Below, piece after piece: positions 1 through 10,700 of a DNA stretch of 64,000 bases. The notes below the pieces were generated by a model. The model worked only from the letters and a program-made list of their open reading frames with translations, had not been told where the DNA came from and searched no databases. The stretch lies in assembly GCF_030144855.1 (NCBI RefSeq), contig NC_082727.1:41974001-42038000 (forward strand), given 5' to 3'. Within the stretch, counting starts at the first letter, position 1; every line of letters starts with the position of its first letter. The position numbers and the translations under genes were made by a program. The DNA comes from Hypanus sabinus. Lineage: Eukaryota.

Positions 1-166
1 AGGCCAGATTGCATTGCCTGCAACCAATGCTGCTCTAAAGCTTGAAAACAAGCTGGAGAGACTAACTTACAGGTATGGTTTGCTGAAATGGAACTATCTC
101 AGATTAGTACACACAAAACGCTGGATGGATTCAGCAGGTCAGGCAGCATCTACGGAGGAGAATAAA

Positions 167-203
167 CAGTGATGTTTCAGGAAGAGTCCCTTCATCAGGA
201 CTG
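167..203 (-). ncRNA. Minimal type I hammerhead ribozyme-like motif (decayed)
   Basis: Minus strand reads cagtc-CTGATGA-agggactcttcct-GAAA-c-ATC-actg: both conserved core boxes, a short stem II, and stem I cagt/actg. Confidence 0.6.
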
Positions 204-310
204 GAAAGGAAGGGGAAAGAAGTCAGAAAAAGAAGGTGGAGGCAGGGGTAGGAGTACCAGCTAGAAGATAATAGGTGTCGCCAGATGGGTGGGAAAGGAC
301 GATGAAGTAA

Positions 311-524
311 TGTGGTGAACTCTGTGCCTGTCTGGACACGCCCCCTGCTGGCTGCTCCTGTAGCTCCTCCCACAGGCCCCTGTATAAAGGGGATCTGAGG
401 CCTGACGCTCGGCCTCAGTCTCCAGGACATAGTATGATGGACACTCACTCCTGGTTCCTTCTTCCAGTCAATAAAAGCCGATATCTCGCCTTATGTTTCA
501 GTGTGAGTTATTGATGGTGCATCA
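311..524 (+). mobile_element. Solo LTR (~214 bp)
   Basis: Runs tgtggtgaac...ggtgcatca (TG...CA) with TATA-like tataaag and AATAAA. 5-bp flanks agtaa/agcaa differ by one base. A second copy lies inverted at 52641-52836. Confidence 0.8.
339..351 (-). promoter_or_regulatory. CTCF-like motif within the solo LTR
   Basis: Minus strand CCAGCAGGGGGCG matches the vertebrate CTCF core consensus. Motif match only. Confidence 0.5.
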
Positions 525-682
525 AGCAAAAAGCTAAGAAATGACAGGTGGAAAAGGTAAAGGGCTGGAGAAGAAGGAATGTGATAGGAGGGGAGAGTAG
601 GCCATGGGTGAAAGGGAAGGAGGAGAGCAACATGGGTAGGTGATAGGCAGGTAAGGAGAATGGGTAAGAGACCAGAGTGGAG

Positions 683-2880
683 AAATACAAATACAAATAC
701 TTTATTGTCACCAAACAATTGATACTAGAGCATACAATCATCACAGTGATATTTGTTTCTGCGCTTCGTGCTCCCTGAAGTACAATCGAAGTAAATATAA
801 TAAAAATTTAAATTATAAGTCATAATTAGAAAATAGAAAAGGGAAAATAAGGTAGTGCAAGTCAGGTCTGGATATTTGGAAGGTACGGCCCAGATCCGGG
901 TCAGGATCTGTTCAGCAGTCTTACCACAGTTGGAAAGAAGCTGGTCCCAAATCTGGTGGTATGAATCTTCATGCTCCTGAACCTTCTCCCGGAGGGAAGT
1001 GGGACAAAAAGTGTGCTGGCTGGGTGGGACTTATCCTTGATTATCCTGGCAGCACTGCTCCGACAGTGTGTGGTGTAAAGTGAGTCCAAGGATAGAAGAT
1101 TGGTTTATGTGATGTGCTGAGCTAGGTTCATGATCTTCTGCAGCTTCTTCCAGTCTTGGACAGGACAACTTCCATACCAGGTTGTGTGCACCCTAGAAGA
1201 ATGCTTTCTACGGTGCACCTATAAAAATTAGTGAGGGTTTTAGGGGACAGGCCAAATTTCTTCAGCTTTCTCAGGAAGTAAAGGCGCTGGTGGGCCTTCT
1301 TGGCAGTGGACTCTGCTTGATTAGACCAAGTCAGGTCATTTGTGATATTCACCCTGAGGAACCTAAAGCTTTTGACCTGTTCCACCTGCGCACCACCGAT
1401 GTAGATGGGGTTGTGCGGTCCGCTACTCCTTCTGATCACAACAACCAGTTTCTTTGTCTTGCTGACGTTGAGGGATAGGTTATTGTCTTCACACCATGCC
1501 ACCAGGTTCTTAATTTCCTCTCTGTACTTAGACTCATTATTACCCAAGATGCGGCCTACAATTGTGCTGTCATCAGCAAACTTATATATTGAGTTTGATG
1601 GAAACTTGGCTACACAATCATTGGTATACAGTGAGTACAGCAGGGGGCTGAGTACACAGCCTTGTGGGGCACTGGTGCTCAGTGTGATTGTAGAGGAGAG
1701 CTTGTCCCCGATCTTTACAGCCTGGGTCCTGTCTGTGAGGAAGTTGAAGATCCAGCTGCAGATCTGAGTGCTAAGACCCAGGTTCCGGAGCTTAGGAATC
1801 AGTTTATTTGGAATTATTGTATTAAAGGCAGAGCTGTAGTCGATGAAAAGGAGCCTTACATATGCATCTTTATTCTCCAGCTATTCTAAGGAGGAATATA
1901 GTGCCGGAGAGATGGCATCTGCCATTGACCTGTTGCTCCAGTAGGCGAATTGCAAAGCGTCGAGGTTGACCGATAGGCTATGGTTGATGTGTGCCATAAC
2001 CAATCGCTCGAAGCACTTCATAGCAATTGATGTTACAGCCATATGACGGTAGTCATTCAGGCATGCCACCTTGCTTTTCTTCGGCACTGGGATTATCGTT
2101 CCCTTCTTAAAACACGAGGGGATCTTAGACTGAAGCAGGGAGCAATTGAAGATGTCAGCAAACACTCCAGCTAGCTCGCTTGCACAGGCCCAGAGAACCC
2201 GTCCCGGGACACCATCTGGGCCTGTCGCCTTCCTTGGATTTATCTTCAGGAAGGCTCTTCTAACATCTTCCTCACTGATCGATCGGGGCCAAGTGATGGG
2301 GGCCCAGGCTGTCAATTGGGTCAGGCCCCGAAGCCAACACTTAATCCCGGAGGGCCGGGCTGCCGGCTGAAACAAGTCCATGAACTGTGTTATGGTTGTG
2401 GAGGCATTCGCTCCAGCCGAGCCCTGGGCTCAATTTCCAAGGTCGGCGGCGGAGGCCTCACTTCCGGCAGCTGTGGATAGCCACCAACGAAGCTCTATGG
2501 TGGTCACTCCGGGTAAGCGTCTGGGGTATCTTGAGGTCTCCGACATCACTTCTGTGTGCTCGTTTGCTTCGGAGAGGTGCTGGTTGGAATGGGTCATGTC
2601 TCCAGGCATTCCGACACTGTAGCAGGCCGCGGGTCTCTGGGAACATCGTGGACCTTGGACCAGGCCTTGACGATTGGGTCCAGGTACGGTCTGGAGTTGA
2701 AGCAATTCTGGCGCGTCGATGATCTCCAGCTGGGTCAGTAACTTCACCAGGGTGTTGTTGATCTTGCTAGATGTAGCAAATTGGAGATTTAGAAGGGTTT
2801 CTCAGTACAGGATAGTGTAGAGGGCAGTTTGCTCGGGAGGGCATGGACAGAGTCGCCCGTTACCAGTGCCATCTTAAACA
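683..2880 (-). mobile_element. Rex1/Babar-type LINE with both ends and RT, but no endonuclease domain
   Basis: Minus-strand RT motifs [51 protein letters not shown] and C-terminal [16 protein letters not shown]. 3' tail is AATAAA plus (tatttg)n at 683-705. 5' end aagatggc near 2875. Confidence 0.88.
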
Positions 2881-4615
2881 AATGAAAAGGAGGGAAGGGG
2901 GAGGGTAATAAATTACTGTAAATTGAAGCAATTGAAGTTCATACTATCAAATTGGAATTCCATACTATCAGATGGAATATGAGGTGTTGCTCCTCCAACC
3001 TCATCATGATTGTAGAGGAGGCTGTGGACCAACGTGTCAGCATTGAAATGGGGACTGGAAATAAAAATCAATTGCCCACTGGGAAATCCTACTTTTTGCG
3101 GATGGAACGATGGTGCTCGACAAAGTGGTCCCTGTAACCAGAGAGCCGTGCCTGTCATGTGACAGCACTGCCCTCACCTGGTCGGAGTCACACCACCTGA
3201 AAGTTAACATTTCACCCCACCCAACTAATCAATGCACACTTAACCATTGGCCACCTTAATTGGATTAACCTGTCTAGCACCAAGCCGTTGGCCCCCTGAC
3301 CTATAAAAGGTTCTACATGTGCTTGGCTTGCTCTCTTTTGCCATCCTCGAGGGACCACCCTGCTTAACTCCAAGCTGAAGACTTTAGAACAGTGCTGAAG
3401 ACACGTGGTAAGGTGTGCATTGAACAGGGTTGTGGGAGTGTTTATTGTTGTCCCTTTAGCAAAGAGCTGTGCCGGCCCATAGTCAAGGGGGGCAAGTATT
3501 GTAGTTACTTTTCCCTTGCTTGTATGTGTACCTGTACACCGTCCCCACACCGTTTTCCCGTGTATTGTACAGCAGACCCGACCTTTCTCACGCTCCTCTA
3601 TTCTAAATGTGTTTGTACGAATACCGTAGCCACTTGTGTTGTTCCCAACCTTTTTCTCCGCTTGTAAATAAACTCCTTATTATTAAAACTGTGTGTCCAG
3701 AGCTCTTGCCTTTGAGACCCAAAGAATCTTTCTCATTTCCATCACAACAGTCCCCCAATCTATATTGGGTCTCACCAAATTAGACCAGATCACATCAGGA
3801 GCACTGGATACAATAGACAACCCGATAAATTTGCAGGTGAAGTGTCACCTCACGTGGAAGGACTTTTTGGCACCTTGTTTGGAGGTGAAGGAGGAGGCGA
3901 ATGGGCAGATGTAACACTTCTTCCACTCACAGGGTTATTTCCCAGGAGGAAGATTAGTGGGGAGAGACAAATGGACAAGGCAGAGAACAGAGAGTACAAG
4001 GGAGGTAAAGATGTGCTTGGTGGTAGGGTCCCTATAAAGATGGCGGAAGTTGCAATGAATGAAGTGCTGGATGTGAAGGCTCATGGGGGTGATAGCTGAG
4101 GACAAAAGAAATTCTATCCCTGTTAAGGTGGTGAGAAGATGGGTTGAGGGCAGTTGTTTGGGAAATAGTGGAGATGTAAGTGATGGCAGCATCAATGGTG
4201 GAGGAAGGGAAACCCCGTTCTTTGAAGAAGAACATCTCTGATGTCCTGGAAAGGGAAGTCTCATCCTGGGACCAGATGTGGCAGAGCAAAGGAACTGAGA
4301 AAAGTGAATGGCATTTTTACAGAAGACAGGATGGAAAGAGGTATAGTCAAGATAGCCATGGGAGTCATTAGGGTTAGAAAAGATGTCAGTAGACAGTTTG
4401 TTTCCAGAGATGGAGAGAAAGAGGTTGAGAAAGTGGGGAGAGAGGTATCTGGAATGGACCAAATGAATTTATGGACAGGGTAAAAGTTGCTGATAAAATT
4501 GACAAGCTCAGCATGGGTCCAAGATGCAGCACTAATACAGTTGTCACTGTAGTTCAGAAATAGTCGGGGAGGATTACCAGGGTAGGCTTGAAACATGGAT
4601 TTTTCCACGTGGCCA
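2880..4615 (-). mobile_element. Penelope-like element fragment (RT C-terminus plus GIY-YIG endonuclease), interrupted by a solo LTR
   Basis: ORF 3935-4462 contains HGYLDYTSFHPVFCKNAIHFSQFL, typical of Penelope RT. A degenerate GIY-YIG (FTC..GVVYCIQC..GETQYRLG) lies at ~3750-3860. Confidence 0.8.
3133..3749 (+). mobile_element. Solo LTR (617 bp) with 5-bp TSD
   Basis: Runs tgtaacc...cacaaca. Perfect TSD gtccc at 3128-3132 and 3750-3754. TATA ctataaaag at ~3301 and AATAAA at ~3667. Confidence 0.9.
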
Positions 4616-4912
4616 AGAGAAACATCTCAGATTCTCTCTTCCTCGTGGACTACTTTACTATGCTGATCTCACTAGTGATTGGGCTAAAAATTTCTAAATT
4701 TGCAGGAGTAATGAAAAATTCCTGGGTTCCTTCCTGAATTCTAACTCAGTACTATATTATTCTATCTGCCTTTTACTTCAAGTAGGTCTATTTCTGGAAT
4801 GATAAGCTACTTTAGCTGTAAAACATAAAGATTGGTATCTGTCTTAAACGTGGTTTAACTGCCAAACTTTAGCAATGTGTCAAAGTGCTTAACCAAGCTA
4901 TTTACTTCTTAG

Positions 4913-5045
4913 GGTTCTTGTACTATGAAGATATCATACAGGCTGTAAGTAAGACAGAGGCAGAAGCTGTGGGCCAAATGATTCAAGACATTACCCGTGA
5001 ATGCACTTCTGTTGCCCAGGTGACTTTGACAGGAGGATTTAGAAG
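4913..5045 (+). CDS. DNTT: Internal coding exon of terminal deoxynucleotidyl transferase (equivalent to mammalian DNTT exon 7)
   Basis: Acceptor tttacttcttag and donor AG|gtgagt; 133 bp, phase 1 to phase 2. Translates (G)FLYYEDIIQAVSKTEAEAVGQMIQDITRECTSVAQVTLTGGFR(R). TGGFRR is the Pol X signature. GFLYYED favours TdT over Pol mu (GLQHHQD in human). Missed by the ORF track because it has no start codon. Confidence 0.92.
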
Positions 5046-6177
5046 GTGAGTAAATTAGAGAAATTCTAACCTGCTCCAAAATATAATTTCAGTATGTTTT
5101 TCTGTTCTAAATGCTATTTCCCGTTGCAGACAGTCATTTGAGTAAAGAAAGAACACAAAGCTGAATGTCTGTCCAATTTGAAAGGTTGGCGTTGCTCGTG
5201 TACTTGCTGGTATATCAGTGTTAGCTCGAAATTTTGATGGATTTTCTCACTTTTCATGTGTTTTAACTATTTTATTCATTGTAATTAGTTCATATTTTTG
5301 AAATGAATAACCGTGTGCCATGCTGGGTTTTTACTTCACCAGATTGCTGCTTTTCACCTTTAGTAATAGTTGGGAACCTCATTGGCTCTCGGGGCATGCA
5401 GTTCATGGGCACAGCTGAACTAGGCACAGGGGAACAGGTGCACATGTCTCGGGCTGTTCCAGGTGGTGAGCTGTTCCGCCTTTAGTGACCTGGAGCTTGC
5501 TCTGAAGTTCCCTGAGCCCTGGTAATATCCATTAATTACCTGTGATTTTGGGTCAAATCCAAACATTTTTCCTGCACTTCCTTTGGATGTAAGGTCTTTT
5601 GAAGTAAGGTGTGACGCCTTTCAGTCTTTTATATATGAGCAAGAATGCCAGTTCATATAATTTAAAAAATACTAGTCATAGACACAACTAGATTATTTCC
5701 AACCTTGTTGTAAAATGTAATTATTATTGTACAATTTACAGTGTAAAACTATTTTACACTTTATACTGTGTAATTGGAAACTATATTCAGATTTTAATAG
5801 CATAAACCTCTTGCTGATTTAAAATCAATATTTAAGTTCATAAAGCTTCAAACATTAAATTATTCTCTTTACTTTTGAACATATCTGGACATTTTAGGGG
5901 GTTCACATATTTTTAGTGTGCCAAGTTTGTCAAGATTGCAAATATAAGCAGACTGCTTCAACGTAAATAATGCAACACTTGGATATTGGATCATATTTCT
6001 ACTTTATAATGCTATAAATTATTTAGCAGATTTATGTCAACACCACCATTTGTCCAGCATCCAACAGTGATATTGCATATACTGACCAACATTGTTATTA
6101 GTATGGTTTATTGAATATTTCACTATTAATCATCGATAATGCATCATTTCACCTTAACTTACATCTAACAATGAAAT

Positions 6178-6520
6178 GGTGACAGAGCAGTTGGTATTCC
6201 TGTTTCATAGCTTCAGAGAGCTATGTTTGATCATGATTGCACTGGACTTCCCTCTTCTCCCTGTGACTGTGTTTGGCTTACCCTGGAAGATCCGATTCCC
6301 CCCCCGCGTCCCGAAGATGTGCTGGTAGGTTAATTTGTTATTATAGATTAACTATTAGTGCAGGTCAGGAACAAAGGAGAGTTGCTGGAGGTGTGAGGCA
6401 GAATACATTGCAGGGCTAAAGGGAAATACAGTAGAGAGGAGGAATGGAACTGATTTAATTTTTCTGCTGGAAGTGAGCATGGACCCAGTGGGCAGTACAG
6501 CTTCATTCATGTCATAGTAA
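6178..6520 (+). mobile_element. Old tRNA-derived SINE
   Basis: Degenerate tRNA-like head (ggtgacagagcagttgg...tgtttgatc), then ctccctgtgactgtg...gatgtgctggtaggttaatt core shared with the SINE at 23317. Confidence 0.6.
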
Positions 6521-8131
6521 GTAAATTGAAACAGATAAAATAATAGCTGGATTCATTGGTAGTTCTGCCTAGAATGACACTTTAGTGAAAGTGGTTGTGA
6601 ACAAGCAGCATCAAGTTAAGTAGCCTCATCCTTTTGGGAAGTGAGCAGATCAGCAGCACCTAACTATTCACCAGAGCAATCACAGGACATTTGCTAGTGA
6701 CATTTTTAATATTACAAAAAACAATAAAGCTGGTGGAATATATGGTATTGCTTTAAATTCCAATTTCATCTTCCTTCTTATGGCTTACAGACCTAGACTT
6801 CCCTCCTCCTCCCTTCTTACCCCAAATCTTTTCTCTCCAAAGCTCAAACTAAAAGGACTTAAATGTGAAGGAATAATGGGACTGCATTCCAGAAAGAATC
6901 CAACCTTACCCAATAAAAACAATTGAGCAATAGTTTGATTTTAGTTCAGTCAATATTTTAGGAATTATAGTTCAGTTACTTATTGCCATCACTATTTTGG
7001 TAAAATAACATGAGATACAGGTTTGCATGAAGAGCAGATTTGCTGATGTATATTTACAACACCATTCCCATCACAGATTCTTTAAGACATACACCTGACT
7101 GTGAAGTAGCAACTTTCTGAACGGGTTTAAAAAAGTTGTGCAATTTTACCAATCCTCGGCAATTTATCATTCTGTTTCTGCAAAGTTTTCAGTTTCAGCT
7201 GCTTTAGGAGCTGAGCATATGGCAAAAAAAAATCTCCCCAGACTGAATGAAAATATCCTTAAAAAATTCATGAGAATAATTCCCTTTGACAATAACAGGT
7301 TGTTGACTCTGCTTTCAAAATGTATGTGGGCAGTTTTGCTGTTGACAATTTAATGCAGAAATATCCGATAGTTGGATCCGTATAAAGTGGGCAATGCTGG
7401 ATAATGAGGCCCAGTAGAAGCTGAAGGCAGAGAAAGGCAGCAGGTATAAAAAGGCCAATGGAATTAGCAGGATCATTATTGTTCATGCCAGTGGCATTTT
7501 GGAGCAGTGCCTTGGATGTCTGAGCTCATCAGGAACACCTTAGGGAATATCCTTACAGGATTCTCATTATTGTGCTTCAAAGACCTAAAATCAAAGCCAG
7601 ATCAGGGTGGAGACGCTGACCCAGAATGTGCAGCAGTGGTGATACTTGAGAAGCCAGGATGTACCTGGTACTCAGCCTGACGCATTTAACCTGAGCTTCC
7701 CTTGAAGCAACTGTGTGTAACTCAGAAAGAAGAGGCTAAAAAATGTAGTTCCCTTGATCTATCCCTCTATTTTTTCTCTAACACATAGAAACACACATGC
7801 ATATATGCTCAACGGTGCTTCCTCCTCAGTATTTTGTAACGTGCAATCCCCAATCCGTGGTCAGCCAGCGGAAAGAGTGAGTGTGCTGTCACGCTTCAAG
7901 GTTTCAGCAAGAAATGGTTGTAATTCAAGAGGGAAATTAAGTGCCGAAACTGCTGGAACTGAACAAAGGAGTGAACTCGTATGGGAATTCTTGAAACTTA
8001 CAGGAGGAACAGACTGTGTGAAGCTTCGGGGAGCAGGAATCAATGGCAGAGTTTCCTATGGCACCCGGGTTACTACTGGATCTGAGAACAGCAAGACCCA
8101 TTGGAAGCTGGTTCAGAAATTATAGAGATGT

Positions 8132-8145
8132 GTTGCCTAGGCAAC
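8132..8145. promoter_or_regulatory. Perfect palindromic RFX X-box
   Basis: GTTGCCTAGGCAAC matches GTNRCC(N0-3)RGYAAC exactly. It sits in unique sequence with 12 CpGs between 7810 and 8265. Confidence 0.55.
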
Positions 8146-9344
8146 CAGTGCAAATTTTAGCACTTCAAAGAGCGCCACAGAAGTTTAATGAGGTCACAAC
8201 GTTGCAAACAGTAAATGGAGACTGTTTTCCATTCACAGTCTGTGTGAATGATCAGGTCACGATCCACTCACTTGCATGTCTGGACCAATAATTGACTTAT
8301 TTATTTTCTATTGTGTGCAATTACTATCAGTTCACATCATACACATTCACCTCTTGCCCAGCATTAGTGCAATACCTAGTAAATACCATTCCATTCTATT
8401 TTTTATTGTTTACTCTAGAAGGAAAGAAAATTGAGAAGTAATTATTTGTTCTGAGAGTTACCTTTTTTTTGGTTGTTCATGTGGTGCTGATGTGATTGAA
8501 CCTTTGGAGTGTGTAGTTCTAGAAGAGAGGATTGGAAAGTGTAGCTCTGCTGATGCACCTCTTGCATGAAAACACGAGCACGCACACACACGCACGCAAA
8601 ATGATTCAAGTTTGTCAACTGTCGTAGAAGTTCCCATAATCAGAGACAAGGAAACATTCTTTAAGTCATCACTAATGCTTCAGACAGAAGTTCAAACTCT
8701 CCAGGAAGCTGTCAGCAGTTATTTCTTATAGTTTGACTCGTATTTCAGAACTATGTAGAAAACATATTATACACAGCAGCTTCCTGCCTTTATTATATTG
8801 ATGCTGCAAAGGAAGACTCAGATACCAATAAATCAATCATAACTGGCTGCCCGTACCTGCAATATAATTGTATTACTCTCTAGATTTAATTCCATTCAGA
8901 TGATGTGCTCCTGACTAGGGGTGAGTTTCACAGGCAGTTTATAGGAAATCTGGCATGGAAATTTGATTTGGGGGTCATTGCTGTACTGGCATCATGTTAT
9001 CAATTATTAATCAGGCTGCTCCATTGTTCTCCAGTAATCAGGAGCAGAAGATAGGTATGGCTTCTGTGAGTAGGACTTGATAGGTCTTGTTAAGGGAAGT
9101 GCCAGTTAGTATCAGCAATAAACTTATGCTTAGCATTATTGTACCCTGCTGCTCAACAATAGCAGACATTCCCAAAAGTACCATACCTCAATATCATGCA
9201 TTAATAGAGCTGTGGACACCTACACAACATCCCAACATTACATAGTTACAGTCCTCTACTGATCTATTCTGTATGCCAATGTAATTTAGTGACAGTTCTG
9301 GGCCCACCAGTACTGAACTCCTGTGATATGCAGTGATTGTCTTG

Positions 9345-9525
9345 GAACATTTTCTCCCCTCTGCCATCAGATTTATGAACGGTCCATGAACAATATCTCT
9401 TTTGCACTATTTATTTATTTATTATTGTAACTTTGAGTAACTTCGATATGTTTTGCACTGTACTGTTGCCACAGAATAATAAATTTCATGACATATGTCA
9501 AGCATTATAAACCGATTCTGTTCTG
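9345..9525 (+). mobile_element. 3' tail of a Rex/L2-type LINE
   Basis: cccctctgccatcagattt...aaatttcatgacatatgtc...ataaaccgattctgttctga, shared with other LINE tails in the window. Confidence 0.65.
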
Positions 9526-9802
9526 ACCCTGTGTAACGCAATGGCAGAGCCGTGCCAGTCAGTGGATTCTGAGGACAGAGGTAGACCTTGAACCTGCCCT
9601 GGGAACAGGAACCTGATTTGGCTGGCTCCATTAACTCAAGCATGGCGCTGTGTGGGGCCAAGGGACTCAATCCCAATGTAGGCTAGCCCCCAGGGGACCC
9701 GGCGCTGGCATTAGGTGGGGACTGATAGCAATACACTTCCAGCATTAGTGGAAACACAGTGCCAGTATTAGTTGGGGCTCATAGACCAAGACCCAACATT
9801 GA

Positions 9803-9920
9803 GTTGGCTCCAAGGTCCAAGTCCTAGAATTGGGTGCACCCCAGGTACCAGATCCCAAGATTGGGTGGGCCACAAGAATGCACTCTTGGAATCTCAGCAA
9901 CCACAGAGACCCAGATTCAA
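9803..9920 (+). repeat. 118-bp direct repeat, copy 1 (copy 2 at 10378-10495)
   Basis: gttggctccaagg...cccagattcaa is repeated 575 bp downstream with one mismatch (9900 A vs 10475 G). Confidence 0.95.
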
Positions 9921-10149
9921 GAAAGCTGTGGTTCAAAAAGAAGCAGGTACAGGATCTAGGCTGGCATTATCGCAGTGAATAAGTTTCAAAAATATATAAC
10001 TTCTAAGGTATTTTTGAATGTTATAATACAATGAATGATACCATCTAGACTTCCTTTATTTAATATTTGTGTCTGACAAACAGCAATTCACAAGAAAAAC
10101 AAATTAAACTTAAATTATAATATTATAATAATCAAGAAAAAACATAATT

Positions 10150-10700
10150 AGAGCAAAACAAAACGAAGACCATTTTAATGCAAAGTGGTTGCGGTGTTGC
10201 TAAACTGAGGTAGTGATCAGGGTTGTGCCAGACTGTATGGTTGAATGGAAGCAGCTGTTCTTGAATCTGGTGATGTGGTACTTCAGGCTTCTGTACCTTC
10301 TGATCAATGGTAGCTGTGAGAAGATGGCATTGACCATCTTTGATGATGGGTGTTGCTGTCTAAAGGCAATGCCTCTTGTTGGCTCCAAGGTCCAAGTCCT
10401 AGAATTGGGTGCACCCCAGGTACCAGATCCCAAGATTGGGTGGGCCACAAGAATGCACTCTTGGAATCTCAGCAGCCACAGAGACCCAGATTCAATGGTG
10501 GTGAGGGATGTGCCCTGATGTATTGTGGCTGAGTCGATGATCCACTGTAGCTTCTTACTTTCCTGAACATTTGATGATATAACCAGTCAGAATAGTTTCA
10601 CAAGTACCCTTATAGAAGCTTGTTAGAATCTCCGGTGTCAATTCAAACCTTCCTAACCTCTGAAGAAAGTAAAGATGTAGGCCTACCTTCCTTGCGATAG
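10150..10700 (-). mobile_element. Rex/Babar-type LINE 3' fragment carrying the 118-bp insertion
   Basis: Minus-strand RRYRSLKYHITRFKNSCF motif and an upstream FFRRLGRFELTPEILTSFY-like segment. Confidence 0.75.

Larger units (their letters stand above)
104..682 (-). mobile_element. Non-autonomous Penelope-derived repeat, interrupted by a solo LTR (311-524)
   Basis: Starts with the terminal motif acacacaaaacgctgg...cagcaggtcaggcagcatct, which recurs many times in the window. Purine-rich body matches the flank of the Penelope-like element at 2880-4615. Carries a hammerhead-like core. Confidence 0.7.

Noticed and set aside
1290-2741. Several + strand ORFs of 60-120 aa
   Set aside because: Antisense shadows of the LINE RT and its GC-rich leader.
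7754-8291. Overlapping ORFs of 123, 60 and 82 aa
   Set aside because: No recognisable domain or consistent splice structure. Better explained by locally higher GC in a regulatory patch.
8419-8441. Acceptor followed by GKKI, resembling the start of TdT exon 8
   Set aside because: Wrong phase for the upstream exon, no GHDxD, and a stop after a few codons.
9532-9975. GC-rich block starting tgtaacg, possibly an LTR
   Set aside because: No clear CA end or TSD, so it is left unclassified.
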